A stretch of DNA of 64,000 bases from sequence record NC_049462.1. One strand, given 5' to 3'. The stretch comes from Klebsiella phage Magnus. Shown here in pieces: positions 9,663 to 19,242 of this stretch. Every line of letters starts with the position of its first letter. Within the stretch, counting starts at the first letter, position 1. The translations under genes and the position numbers were made by a program. The notes beneath the pieces are model-generated. The model saw only the letters and a list, made by a program, of their open reading frames with translations, was not told the origin of the DNA and searched no databases.

Positions 9663-10016
9663 ATGGTCAATGCGAGCGCATTTATCAACCGTGGTCTGCT
9701 GGCGATAGCACACACCCATGCTCTCCACTTCGTCACGCATTCATATTCGAAACATAAGGCTCTCGGGGAGTTCTATGGCGACCTCGAGGACTTGCTGGAT
9801 ACCTTCACCGAAGCATATATCGGCGCGGGCGGGACTTATACTCCCGGATTCGAGAACACAAAGTTGTTCAATCCAGACCCGATCCAATATATCCAGAGCA
9901 TCGTTATCGACGTCGACGCCATTTATCGGCAGTGTGATTCTCATCTCCAAAATACGTTAGACGAGATCAAGACCCTTTGCTATCAGACGCTGTATAAACT
10001 GAAGCAACTGGCGTAG
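9663..10016 (+). CDS. Small all-helical hypothetical protein (ferritin/Dps-like histidine/acidic pattern)
   Basis: Second ATG 9 nt after GAGG; motif HTHALHFVTHSYSKHKALGEFYGDLEDLLDTF. Confidence 0.4.
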   Translation: MVNASAFINRGLLAIAHTHALHFVTHSYSKHKALGEFYGDLEDLLDTFTEAYIGAGGTYTPGFENTKLFNPDPIQYIQSIVIDVDAIYRQCDSHLQNTLDEIKTLCYQTLYKLKQLA

Positions 10017-10077
10017 TCTATAGACCCCTCTGATAATATAATTGCCCATTATTTGTCAACTATGGATAAAGATAAAG

Positions 10078-10686
10078 ATGGGCAAGATCTTCGTTCCAAC
10101 TCATTTAGAAGGCTGTCAGATTTCAGCCAAATATCTTCACAAGCAGATGAATTGCGGTGCCGTATTTGTCGAACCGAATCCTCATACCAATTCTGAATCC
10201 CCTGATGCAATCGGTTTCCGCCCCGATGGGTGTAGTATTTTGATCGAGGTCAAAGTCAGCAGGGATGATTTCCGAGCAGATGCCAAGAAGCCTCATCGCA
10301 TCAATCCTGAGCAGGGGATGGGCAGCTATCGTTTTTATGCATGTCCTGAGGGAGTCATCCGGATCGAAGATCTACCACCAAAGTGGGGGTTGTTCTATTT
10401 CACGCCTCGAAAATCATTGAAGGCTATCCATGTCCCCGACGTGCAGATATCTTCCCTGTATTCCCCTCAGCACTATCTGAATATGATAGCCCGCCGAAGC
10501 CCGAATGGCAAGATGCCTCCTTATCTCCTCCATTATCAAAAGATGGTGGAAGACTTCGGCCATGTCGTAAAGAATACCGTCGCTGAACACAATATCCTCT
10601 ATGGGGCTTGGCGCCAGCTCTGTATTGCTCAAACCCGTGGTGTGGCGTATACTGTCAATGAGGTATTCCAGAGGCCAAACATATGA
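10078..10686 (+). CDS. PD-(D/E)xK nuclease-fold protein (Hjc/restriction-endonuclease-like)
   Basis: Motif SESPDAIGF...ILIEVKVSRDD (PD...ExK); stop overlaps start of downstream HNH gene (ATGA). Confidence 0.45.
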   Translation: MGKIFVPTHLEGCQISAKYLHKQMNCGAVFVEPNPHTNSESPDAIGFRPDGCSILIEVKVSRDDFRADAKKPHRINPEQGMGSYRFYACPEGVIRIEDLPPKWGLFYFTPRKSLKAIHVPDVQISSLYSPQHYLNMIARRSPNGKMPPYLLHYQKMVEDFGHVVKNTVAEHNILYGAWRQLCIAQTRGVAYTVNEVFQRPNI

Positions 10687-11354
10687 ACTATAAAAGGATA
10701 CACGACTCCATAATTTCCAGGGCGGTTAATCGGTCACTGCCTTCGGGTTACACAGAGAAACATCATATCATTCCTCTTTCCATGGGTGGTAAAGATAGGA
10801 AATTTAATATGGTGGTTTTGACAGCGTCAGAACATTATATTGTGCATATGTTGTTGGCTAAGATGTTTGGTGAAGTTATGAACAAAGCATTTACCAAAAT
10901 GAAACATCTTACATCCAATCCATCCAATAACAAGGAGTTTTCATTAAGAAGGGAAATGTTATGCACTATTTCTGGAAACAACGCTAAAACTGAAAGAAAC
11001 AGAAAGGCTCATTCTGATAAAATAAAAGGCCGAAAACATACAGAAATTACGAAGAAATCTATTTCGGATTCTATGAAAGGGGTTAATAACCCAATGAAGG
11101 GGACCAGTCCTTGGAGAAATCCGACTAATATAAAACGGGGTTCTCATAAAAATTGGTTGATAGCGGATAAAATATACGACAAATGGTGTAATAACAAATC
11201 TGTTAGAGTCATAGATTTACTCAATGGAAACGATATGCAGACTTCGTATACGACAGTTACAACTATGAAATTGAAATTCGAAGCTGGCTGGGTTCCTAAA
11301 GAAGACGAAGATTGGATTGTCTTTGTCAAGGAGAACAAACGTGAAATTTCTTGA
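10683..11354 (+). CDS. HNH homing endonuclease with NUMOD3-type DNA-binding repeats (T4 Mob-like free-standing endonuclease)
   Basis: HNH core EKHHIIPLSMGGKDRKFNMVVLTASEHYIVH; repeated KHTEITKKSISDSMKG / NPMKGTSPW NUMOD3-like motifs; inserted immediately upstream of primase with 14-nt overlap. Confidence 0.7.
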   Translation: MNYKRIHDSIISRAVNRSLPSGYTEKHHIIPLSMGGKDRKFNMVVLTASEHYIVHMLLAKMFGEVMNKAFTKMKHLTSNPSNNKEFSLRREMLCTISGNNAKTERNRKAHSDKIKGRKHTEITKKSISDSMKGVNNPMKGTSPWRNPTNIKRGSHKNWLIADKIYDKWCNNKSVRVIDLLNGNDMQTSYTTVTTMKLKFEAGWVPKEDEDWIVFVKENKREIS

Positions 11355-12405
11355 TGAACAATTTATCAATTATCTTGCCCCGAGATTGGAAAAATTTGTC
11401 TGGGAAAGAACTGGTTCCGTTGCGAAATTTCGTTGTCCCCTATGCGGCGATTCTCAAAAACACGCCAGCAAACGTCGAGGACATTTCTTCTATGACCATG
11501 ATGAAGATGTGTTTAGATTTAAATGTTTCAATTGCAATGAGATGAGCGGTTGGGCTTTTGAGTTCTGGTTGAAGAAATTTGATGACCGTCTGTACAGCGA
11601 GTACAGCATGGAGAAGTTTAAGGTCATGGGGGATACCCGCGCCCGCCCGGTACAGAAACTGGCACCCTTGAAGAAACTGACACAGACGGCGCGTATCGGT
11701 CAACAAGTGGCGAAGCGGGATGAGGACCACCTCGGCAATATGATCCGACTAGATCTTCTTGACCCAACACATTTTGCTCGCCAATATGTGGAAGGCAGGG
11801 GAATGCCGGAGAGCGCTCTCTCTTTGTTGTATTTCAGCGAGAACTTTAGAAAAGATCTTCTTGATTTTGAAACTGACTCAGAGAAACAGAAGAAGATCCC
11901 TGATGACCCGAGATTGGTTATCCCCTTCTGGACTCAAGATGGTCGGATGAAGATTGTTCAGGGGCGCGCATTTGGTGATAACCTTCCAGAAGGGATGTTG
12001 CGGTATGCAACTGTCAAACCGCGAAACGAGGACACGAAGGTCTATGGCGAAGAACGCATTTTGATGAACCGGGTGAAGTTAGTGGTTGAAGGGCCGCTGG
12101 ATAGTCTCTTCTTACCAAATTGCTTGGCGACGGCAGATGCTGATCTATTGAGCGCCAAGGGGGACATCTATGTGCCTGACAACCAATATAGAAACCCGCA
12201 GGTCTGTGATGGCATCCAGAAAATGATTGACAAAGGCGTGAAGGTTGTTTTGTTCCCGCCAGAGATACATTGGAAGGATATCAACGATATGGTGAACCCT
12301 AGAAAGGGGAATATCCCGATACGTGACCTTCTGAAAATTATGGCCGACAATGTCTACCAGGGACTTGCGGCTTCCTTACGATTTGCCGATTTGAGGAAAG
12401 TGTGA
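11341..12405 (+). CDS. gp61: DNA primase gp61
   Basis: GTG start 11341 preceded by AAGGAG (track ORF begins at TTG 11317); zinc ribbon CPLCGDS...CFNC and TOPRIM motif EGPLDSLFL; collinear with T4 gp61. Confidence 0.8.
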   Translation: MKFLDEQFINYLAPRLEKFVWERTGSVAKFRCPLCGDSQKHASKRRGHFFYDHDEDVFRFKCFNCNEMSGWAFEFWLKKFDDRLYSEYSMEKFKVMGDTRARPVQKLAPLKKLTQTARIGQQVAKRDEDHLGNMIRLDLLDPTHFARQYVEGRGMPESALSLLYFSENFRKDLLDFETDSEKQKKIPDDPRLVIPFWTQDGRMKIVQGRAFGDNLPEGMLRYATVKPRNEDTKVYGEERILMNRVKLVVEGPLDSLFLPNCLATADADLLSAKGDIYVPDNQYRNPQVCDGIQKMIDKGVKVVLFPPEIHWKDINDMVNPRKGNIPIRDLLKIMADNVYQGLAASLRFADLRKV

Positions 12406-12617
12406 TGGACATGAAAGAACTTGACAAGATGGATGACCAAGAGATCCTCCGGGGATACCAGCAAGCCCGAGCCGGGTATGTCCTCAGTGGGCATGAGTCG
12501 AAGAGTTTTGTTCACGGATGGCGTAATGGCATAGTTGATTCCGGGGCGTGTCAGCCTGATGCTGATCAGATGGATACGGCAAGAAACTATCTGAAGCAAC
12601 TACGCGAACAAAAATAA
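12402..12617 (+). CDS. Small hypothetical protein
   Basis: GTGATGG overlap with gp61 stop. Confidence 0.35.
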   Translation: MMDMKELDKMDDQEILRGYQQARAGYVLSGHESKSFVHGWRNGIVDSGACQPDADQMDTARNYLKQLREQK

Positions 12618-12693
12618 TTCTTCCCTCCAGGCCTCGTAGATAGAGGCCTCGTAAAATAATTCAAAAATATTTTAAATTTTTATTGAAAAAGAC

Positions 12694-12722
12694 TTTACTC
12701 TTCAATAAAGCTGGCCTATTAT
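12694..12722 (+). promoter_or_regulatory. Sigma70-like early promoter TTTACT-17-TATTAT with TTCAATAA in spacer
   Basis: Same architecture as the promoters at 5712 and 39291. Confidence 0.45.
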
Positions 12723-12797
12723 AGTTCACATAGGGCGGTAAACAACACCCCGCCGAATGAAAAGTGAAAAGCACCAACTACATAATGAGGATTTAAC

Positions 12798-13286
12798 ATG
12801 AAAACTATCAAAACCATCATCACCAACGGCTCTGTATCTTTCGAACTGAACACCGAAGTTTCCAAAGCAGAAATGTTCCGCATTGCACAGGAAGCCGGTT
12901 TCCAGGGCGGTAAGACCTCCTTCATGAACCTGCTGAGCGGCAAAACTGAAACTGCTTGCGGCTTCACCATGAAAGACCAGATTGTGGTTGACCAGGCGGT
13001 AGTGGCTAAATCCTCTGACAAAGTCAGCATGCTGAAAATGTTTGGCCTGAACATCCACATCGTCGAAGCGAAGACCGAAACCTACGGCACCCTGAACGTC
13101 GGCAAAGGCCGGGTGCAGCTGAACCCGCTGAACAACGGAACCTACTCGGTGATGGTATTCCCGAAAAAAGGCTACGACAACACAGATATCCTGAAAGCGG
13201 TCGGTGGTGATTCTAAATCTCAGTATGTCAAAATGGGCAAACTGACTCTGATCGAAGTACAGAACATGATCGAGCGCCTGGCATAA
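12798..13286 (+). CDS. Hypothetical protein (strong RBS, likely abundant)
   Basis: GAGGA 7 nt upstream of ATG; 162 aa, no recognisable domain; followed by hairpin gggggaggaaactccccc. Confidence 0.5.
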   Translation: MKTIKTIITNGSVSFELNTEVSKAEMFRIAQEAGFQGGKTSFMNLLSGKTETACGFTMKDQIVVDQAVVAKSSDKVSMLKMFGLNIHIVEAKTETYGTLNVGKGRVQLNPLNNGTYSVMVFPKKGYDNTDILKAVGGDSKSQYVKMGKLTLIEVQNMIERLA

Positions 13287-13338
13287 GTCGCTGAGGGGGA
13301 GGAAACTCCCCCATCCTGGAAAGATGAGGAATAAATCG

Positions 13339-13641
13339 ATGAATAAATTCAGCAGCACAGAAGCGACTAAGATTGCGGAAGAAACCGCACAATTACTGGC
13401 TTCACATACTTTAAAAAATTGGCAGATAGATACATGTTCCTTCTCCCAAATTGTCCTTTCTTGTGGGGATGTGTATGTTCAGCATCTACTCCCCACGAGA
13501 TCTTGGCTTGCTGGTTTTAGAGAATATGACGACAATATTACCAGCGATTATGTTGATTCTGCAATAATGGCATACGAAGGTTTAAAGGCTGCTGTTGCAG
13601 AGTCCATTGACGAGTTGAAAGAAATTTACGACAATATGTAA
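13339..13641 (+). CDS. Hypothetical protein
   Basis: ATG 13339 with GAGGA RBS. Confidence 0.4.
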   Translation: MNKFSSTEATKIAEETAQLLASHTLKNWQIDTCSFSQIVLSCGDVYVQHLLPTRSWLAGFREYDDNITSDYVDSAIMAYEGLKAAVAESIDELKEIYDNM

Positions 13642-13672
13642 CGGAATTTCCTCGAGTGTAATTCACTTTCAC

Positions 13673-13705
13673 TTTAAATACCTCTGCAAACATTGCGGAG
13701 GTATT
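13673..13705 (+). promoter_or_regulatory. Late-promoter-like TTTAAATA followed by hairpin cctctgc...gcggagg that sequesters the endolysin RBS
   Basis: TTTAAATA 13673-13680; stem 13681-13687 pairs with 13695-13701, which contains the GGAGG RBS of the endolysin gene (ATG 13711). Confidence 0.45.
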
Positions 13706-13710
13706 TTCTT

Positions 13711-14505
13711 ATGGCCATTTTAAAGATTGGCAGCAAAGGTCTGGAAGTTAAGAATCTTCAGACCAGTCTCAACAAAATCGGGTTCAATCTGGTTGCCGAT
13801 GGCATATTTGGTAAAGCGACTGACAACGCCGTCAGGGCAGTTCAGGCGGGTGCCGGACTCGTCGTTGATGGTATTGCTGGCCCCAAGACCATGTATGCTA
13901 TACGCAACGCAGGGGAGTCTCATCAGGATCATCTGACTGAGGCTGACTTGATTGACGCTGCTCGTGAATTGTCTGTTGACCTTGCTAGCATCAAGGCAGT
14001 CAACCAAGTAGAATCGCGCGGTACTGGCTTCACCAAGTCTGGAAAGATTAAGACATTGTTTGAACGCCACATCATGTACAAAAAGCTGAATGCCAAGTTC
14101 GGTCAGGCAAAAGCCAATGCTCTGGCCCAGCTTTACCCGACGTTGGTTAACGCCAAAGCCGGGGGATACACAGGTGGAGACGCGGAGTTGGAACGACTCC
14201 ATGGTGCAATAGCGATCGATAAAGATTGCGCCTACGAGAGCGCTTCCTACGGGTTATTCCAGATCATGGGGTTCAACTGTGTTATCTGCGGGTACGCAAA
14301 TGCTGAGCAGATGTTCAACGACTTTCTCACTGGTGAACGTGCTCAGCTCATGGCATTTGTCAAGTTCATCAAGGCTGACGCCAATCTGTGGAAAGCATTG
14401 AAGGACAAGAATTGGGCTGAGTTTGCTCGGCGTTACAATGGCCCGGCGTATGCACAGAACCAGTACGACACCAAGCTGGCTGCAGCATACAAATCATTCA
14501 GTTAG
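13711..14505 (+). CDS. Endolysin: N-terminal peptidoglycan-binding domain + muramidase-like catalytic domain (DUF3380-type)
   Basis: PG_binding_1-like repeats LKIGSKGLEVKNLQTSLNKIGF...DGIFGKATDNAVRAVQ...DGIAGPKT; C-terminal ESRG...YGLFQIMGFN catalytic region. Confidence 0.7.
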   Translation: MAILKIGSKGLEVKNLQTSLNKIGFNLVADGIFGKATDNAVRAVQAGAGLVVDGIAGPKTMYAIRNAGESHQDHLTEADLIDAARELSVDLASIKAVNQVESRGTGFTKSGKIKTLFERHIMYKKLNAKFGQAKANALAQLYPTLVNAKAGGYTGGDAELERLHGAIAIDKDCAYESASYGLFQIMGFNCVICGYANAEQMFNDFLTGERAQLMAFVKFIKADANLWKALKDKNWAEFARRYNGPAYAQNQYDTKLAAAYKSFS

Positions 14506-14507
14506 TC

Positions 14508-14532
14508 GAAGGCCGGAAACGGCCTTTTTCTT
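14508..14532 (+). terminator. Terminator hairpin aggccggaaacggcct + T-run
   Basis: GC stem then ttttctttatc. Confidence 0.55.
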
Positions 14533-14611
14533 TATCTATGACAGAGTTATGCTGGGCGCGTCGCTTAATTAAAGGTGATGAGATAACCCCTGTAGAAATA
14601 GGAAGGTTCAC

Positions 14612-15454
14612 ATGCAATCTGCGAGCAAAGTAGTATCCATGAAGCCAGCTGGTAAAACCAAATCAGCGCGCAAGAAAGAAGTAACCCAGCGCGAAGACGA
14701 ATGGATGAAGTTCTCTAAAGGTGATTTCAAAATCGCTCCATTCCATGGCCTCTCTGACAACCAGAATCTTGCCTACCAATCTGCCCTTGAAAACAATCTG
14801 ACCATCACAATCGGACCTGCTGGTACGGGCAAATCATATTGCGGTGCTGCCGCTGCTATCAAACATCTTATTGATCGCCGTGTCAGTAAAATCATCATCT
14901 CTCGTTCGCCGTTGCCAACCGGACAGACTGCGGGGTTCCGCCCCGGCGACACGTATGAAAAACTCGTTCCGTATCTGCGCCCGCTGATCGAAACCTTCAA
15001 GAAAGTGTTGAAGACCGATACTGGCAGCGACGGCTTCTTCAACTATCTGTGGGAGAAGCACATCATCGAAATTCAGGATCTGGAGACGATCAAGGGTATG
15101 ACCTTTGATGACGCCTTCCTGATTATCGAAGAGGCTCAGGAATGCGACATGGAGCAGCTGAAGAATCTTCTCACCCGTTCTTCTGACTCCACCTATGTGT
15201 TCGTCAACGGTGATATCAAGCAGTCGAACAAACGTCTGCGTGACAGCGCCCTTGACACGTATGTCAAAGCATTCCGTGACTTCAACCAGAAACTGAATGC
15301 CGGTACTCTGGCGGTCTATGGGGTAGAACCGGGGGACGCGTATCCTGAATGGGTTCAACCTTTCAGTATCATCGAGTTCAACAAAGATGACCGTAACGGT
15401 CGCGGCAACTTTACCCGCCTGATGCTAGAGGTCAATGACCTGTACGACATTTAA
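14612..15454 (+). CDS. phoH: PhoH-like ATPase
   Basis: Walker A GPAGTGKSY, Walker B-like DDAFLIIEEAQ; typical phage PhoH length. Confidence 0.8.
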   Translation: MQSASKVVSMKPAGKTKSARKKEVTQREDEWMKFSKGDFKIAPFHGLSDNQNLAYQSALENNLTITIGPAGTGKSYCGAAAAIKHLIDRRVSKIIISRSPLPTGQTAGFRPGDTYEKLVPYLRPLIETFKKVLKTDTGSDGFFNYLWEKHIIEIQDLETIKGMTFDDAFLIIEEAQECDMEQLKNLLTRSSDSTYVFVNGDIKQSNKRLRDSALDTYVKAFRDFNQKLNAGTLAVYGVEPGDAYPEWVQPFSIIEFNKDDRNGRGNFTRLMLEVNDLYDI

Positions 15455-15540
15455 ATACCTCATCACCATTCCCCGCCGCCTTCAATCTATGAGGGCGGCG
15501 TATAATAACAACCTGCATATAACACAAACCGAGGATCTCT

Positions 15541-17823
15541 ATGATTAACGTCATTAAGAGGGACGGATCTTCTGTCTCCTTTGATATTGAAAAACTACAC
15601 ACCGTCGTTGAACGCGCTTGTGATGGGCTGGACGGGGTTTCAATGTCAGAGGTGATTGCAGCATCAAAGATCCAATTCACCGATAATATGAGAACCGACC
15701 GCATCCAGGATATTCTTATCCAGGCGGCTGCGTCTCTCATCTCTGTAGAAAAGCCGAACTATCAGTATGTCGCAGCGCGTCTGAAGTCATACGATCTCCG
15801 CAAAATCGCCTATGGCCAGTACAAGCCGCCCCATCTGCTGGATATCTTTGTCAAGAACATCAAACTCGGTAAATACGACCGGGAATTCCTGGATCTGTAC
15901 ACCACTGAAGAGTTTGATGAACTTCAGGCCACCATCAACCACAAACGCGATAAGAACTTCACCTGGGCGGCCATGGGCCAGCTGACTGAGAAGTACCTGT
16001 TGCGTGACCGTTCTCAAAAAGACAAGAAAGTCTATTGTGAAACTCCTCAGGTCATGTATATGGCGATTGCTATGGCGCTGTTCTCTAATTGGGACAAGGC
16101 CAGCCGCCTGGATATGATCAAAAAGTTCTACAATTATGCCAGCACAGGCAAATTCAGTCTTCCGACCCCCATCATGGCAGGCGTTCGTACCCCTACCCGT
16201 CAGTTCAGTTCATGCGTTCTTATCAAAACTGGCGACACGCTGGATTCCATCAACGCGACAGCCAAATCTATCGTAGACTATGTGAGCAAGCGTGCTGGCA
16301 TCGGTTTCGACGTTGGTGCAATTCGCGGTATCGGCAGTCCTATCCGGGGTGGAGAGATGGTCCACACTGGTCTGGTGCCATTCATCAAATATCTGACCGG
16401 GGCACTGAAGTCGTGCTCTCAGGGCGGTATTCGCGGTGGTGCTGCTACGGCTTATATCCCGCTGTGGCATTACCAGTTCGACGATGTCGTTGTGTTGAAG
16501 AACAACCGTGGTACGGAAGAAAACCGCGAGCGCCGTATCGACTATGGTATTCAGATCAACCGCGTCATGTTTGAACGTCTGGTCAACAAACAACCTCTGT
16601 ATTTGTTCGATCCGAAAGACAACATGGATATGTACGAGGCATATTTCAGCGACGTGGATCAATTCCGTACTCTGTACGACAACATGATCAAAGCAGCAGA
16701 CGCCGGGTTATGTCGAGCCAAGACACTCCAGGCTGAAGAAGTATTCCAGATGTTGCTGGATCAGCGTTCCGATACCGGGCGCATTTACATCGCATTCGTT
16801 GATCACATGAACATGTATAGCCCGTTCAACCTCGACACGATTTACAGCTCGAATTTATGTCTGGAAATCGCGCTGCCGACTCGTGAGTTCCAACAATACG
16901 ATGATGAAAGTGGTCGTATCGCTCTGTGTACTCTGGCATCATTCAACCTGACGGCGTTTGATGAGCCGACGGAAATGGAAGATGTGGCATTCGTATTAGT
17001 GTCCGCGCTGGACATGCTCCTCGAATATCAAGATTACCCGGCCCGCCAAGCCCGCCTGGCTGTTCAGGAATATCGTCCCCTGGGTATCGGTGTTGTCAAC
17101 GTCGCTCACTTCCTGGCGCGGAACTTCACCGGATATGGTTCGCCCGCCGGGTTACAGTTGATCGATGAATGGATGGCACATCTTCACTATTATCTGGTTA
17201 AGGCATCCAACAAGCTGGCAGAAATGTTTGGCCCGTGTGGTAAAGAAACAATCCATTCAAGCGGTATGGTAACAGCTGACCTGGCCCCTCTGCCACTGGA
17301 CATCCTCCCTAATGGCAAAAAGCCTGTTGGGGACGCATACGGTCTGGATTGGGATGGGTTAAAAAACAGGCTCGCCAAATTTGGTATCCGCAATGCTACC
17401 CTGTTGGCGATAGCCCCTACCGAAAGCTCCTCGCAGGTGCTGAATGCCACCAATGGGATTGAGCCGCCGAAAGGCTTGGTGAGCATTAAGGCAAGCAAGG
17501 ACGGCATCTACAAGCAAATCGTGCCGGATGTCGAAACCCTTGGGCCTATCTATGATCTCAAGTGGAACATGGAATGTATCGACTATCTGAAGACGGCGGC
17601 GGTGTTCCAGCGCTGGGTTGACCAATCTATCAGTACCAATACCTTCTATGATCCAGAGAAGTTCCCGGGAGGCAAGATCCCCCGCGCCAAGATGATGCAG
17701 GATATCCTTTCCTTCTATATGTGGGGAGGCAAGACTCTGTACTACAACACAAACAAAGACTCCAAGGAAGATGAAGAGTTGAAAGCAGCAGAAGACCCCG
17801 GCTGCGATTCGTGCATCGTGTAA
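15541..17823 (+). CDS. nrdA: Ribonucleoside-diphosphate reductase large subunit NrdA (class Ia, with N-terminal ATP-cone)
   Basis: ATP-cone VIKRDGS..., active-site region NLCLEI, C-terminal CxxC tail (CDSCIV); GAGGA RBS. Confidence 0.9.
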   Translation: MINVIKRDGSSVSFDIEKLHTVVERACDGLDGVSMSEVIAASKIQFTDNMRTDRIQDILIQAAASLISVEKPNYQYVAARLKSYDLRKIAYGQYKPPHLLDIFVKNIKLGKYDREFLDLYTTEEFDELQATINHKRDKNFTWAAMGQLTEKYLLRDRSQKDKKVYCETPQVMYMAIAMALFSNWDKASRLDMIKKFYNYASTGKFSLPTPIMAGVRTPTRQFSSCVLIKTGDTLDSINATAKSIVDYVSKRAGIGFDVGAIRGIGSPIRGGEMVHTGLVPFIKYLTGALKSCSQGGIRGGAATAYIPLWHYQFDDVVVLKNNRGTEENRERRIDYGIQINRVMFERLVNKQPLYLFDPKDNMDMYEAYFSDVDQFRTLYDNMIKAADAGLCRAKTLQAEEVFQMLLDQRSDTGRIYIAFVDHMNMYSPFNLDTIYSSNLCLEIALPTREFQQYDDESGRIALCTLASFNLTAFDEPTEMEDVAFVLVSALDMLLEYQDYPARQARLAVQEYRPLGIGVVNVAHFLARNFTGYGSPAGLQLIDEWMAHLHYYLVKASNKLAEMFGPCGKETIHSSGMVTADLAPLPLDILPNGKKPVGDAYGLDWDGLKNRLAKFGIRNATLLAIAPTESSSQVLNATNGIEPPKGLVSIKASKDGIYKQIVPDVETLGPIYDLKWNMECIDYLKTAAVFQRWVDQSISTNTFYDPEKFPGGKIPRAKMMQDILSFYMWGGKTLYYNTNKDSKEDEELKAAEDPGCDSCIV

Positions 17824-17897
17824 GTTAGGTCTATATCTCACTGTGTTATATTATCAGGGGTGGAGCAATTCACCCCATTATCCATCAGGAAAGAATT

Positions 17898-19001
17898 ATG
17901 TCTGAACAAAAGCAATTTTCCGTTTTCGACCCGACATCGAATAACCAGGGACTCCCGTTCTTTGGTGATCCGGTATCAATCCAGCGTTATGACGTTGTTG
18001 CTTGGCCGTTTGTACAGAAGTGGTATGAAAAAGGCCTCAGCCAATTTTGGCGCCCGGAAGAAGTAGACATCACCAAAGACAAGGCGGATTTTGCCACTCT
18101 AAGCGATGGTGAAAAGCATATCTATTTCTCCAACCTGAAACGGCAGACCATGCTGGACTCTATCCAGGGCGCGGCCCCGTTTGAAGCATTCGGTGCCTGG
18201 GCTTCTACCCCGGAGGCGCAGTTCGCTATCCTGGAATGGACCCGCCAAGAGGCAATTCACTCTCTGTCCTACACCCATATCCTACGCAACACGGTCAATG
18301 ACCCTGGTATCGTGTTTGACCATGTGCTGGATGTTGCTGAGATCGTAGATTGTGCACACCAAATCAGCACCTGCTACGATGAATCTGTGCGCTGGGCGGG
18401 TATGCGTATGGCGGGCCGGATCTTCACCCGTGAAGATATCATGAATGCCAAGCGGTCATTCTGGCGATCCCTGTTTGCTGCCAACACGCTGGAAGGCATC
18501 CGCTTCTACGTTTCGTTTGCATGCTCCTGGGCATTCGTCCAATTCCTTCAAAAGATGGAAGGTAATGCGAAGATCATTCGCCAGATCGCCCGCGACGAGC
18601 AGGACCACCTGATCCTCACGCAGACATTCCTGAACCGTCTTCCGTTGATGGATCCGGACTTTGCTGCCATTCGTGAAGAACTTCGTGCTGAGATGACGCA
18701 GATGTTCATGGATGTCGTGAATCAGGAAAAACAGTGGGCTGACTATCTGTTCAAAGAAGGTTCTATCCTGGGCTTGAACGCCAAGATCCTTCACCAGATG
18801 GTTGACTGGCTGGCGACCCACCGCATGGGTGCTATCGGCCATCCGTATCCTGGGGAACCGCGCAAAGACAATCCGGTGCCGTGGATTAACGACTGGCTAG
18901 ATAATACTACAATGCAATACGCATTGCAGGAAGCAGAAGCTCCTGATTATCTGATGGGCATACTGACTGGTTCAGTATCTGACGGTCTTAAATTTGCATA
19001 A
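17898..19001 (+). CDS. nrdB: Ribonucleoside-diphosphate reductase small subunit NrdB
   Basis: Di-iron/tyrosyl radical motifs (EAIHSLSYTHI, EGIRFYVSFA, RDEQDH). Confidence 0.9.
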   Translation: MSEQKQFSVFDPTSNNQGLPFFGDPVSIQRYDVVAWPFVQKWYEKGLSQFWRPEEVDITKDKADFATLSDGEKHIYFSNLKRQTMLDSIQGAAPFEAFGAWASTPEAQFAILEWTRQEAIHSLSYTHILRNTVNDPGIVFDHVLDVAEIVDCAHQISTCYDESVRWAGMRMAGRIFTREDIMNAKRSFWRSLFAANTLEGIRFYVSFACSWAFVQFLQKMEGNAKIIRQIARDEQDHLILTQTFLNRLPLMDPDFAAIREELRAEMTQMFMDVVNQEKQWADYLFKEGSILGLNAKILHQMVDWLATHRMGAIGHPYPGEPRKDNPVPWINDWLDNTTMQYALQEAEAPDYLMGILTGSVSDGLKFA

Positions 19002-19010
19002 AGGTGAGAA

Positions 19011-19235
19011 ATGATTACGATCTATTCCAAACAAGGTTGTGCACAGTGTGTTACAGCTGAGAACATCTGTCGCATTCGCGGTATTGAGCATCGTATACTC
19101 AAACTTGAAAAGGACTACAAGTTGGAAGATCTACAAGCTCTGACGGGTAAGCAGCGCATGTCTATGCCTGTAATCGTTCTCTCTGACCAGACTGTGACCG
19201 ACGTTGCTGGTCTCGCCGCAAGCGTTAAACGCTGA
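19011..19235 (+). CDS. nrdC: Glutaredoxin/NrdH-like redoxin (T4 NrdC-like)
   Basis: 74 aa, CAQC active-site motif after beta1, directly downstream of nrdAB. Confidence 0.7.
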   Translation: MITIYSKQGCAQCVTAENICRIRGIEHRILKLEKDYKLEDLQALTGKQRMSMPVIVLSDQTVTDVAGLAASVKR

Positions 19236-19242
19236 TCGTGAC

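Noticed and set aside
9017-9736. 239-aa minus-strand ORF
   Set aside because: It is antisense to two plus-strand genes that have good RBSs and a terminator. It has no RBS and its composition looks like a shadow ORF.
12726-13358. 210-aa minus-strand ORF
   Set aside because: It is antisense to the well-supported plus gene 12798-13286, which has a strong RBS. The region sits in a plus-strand transcription block.
14834-15358. 174-aa minus-strand ORF
   Set aside because: It lies entirely inside phoH on the opposite strand.
15449-15506. TTTAAATACCTC 12-mer shared by the endolysin leader and the phoH-nrdA junction as a specific regulatory element
   Set aside because: A single shared 12-mer is expected by chance in 64 kb; roughly a hundred coincidental 12-mer pairs are expected. 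Only the endolysin copy has the supporting hairpin/RBS geometry.
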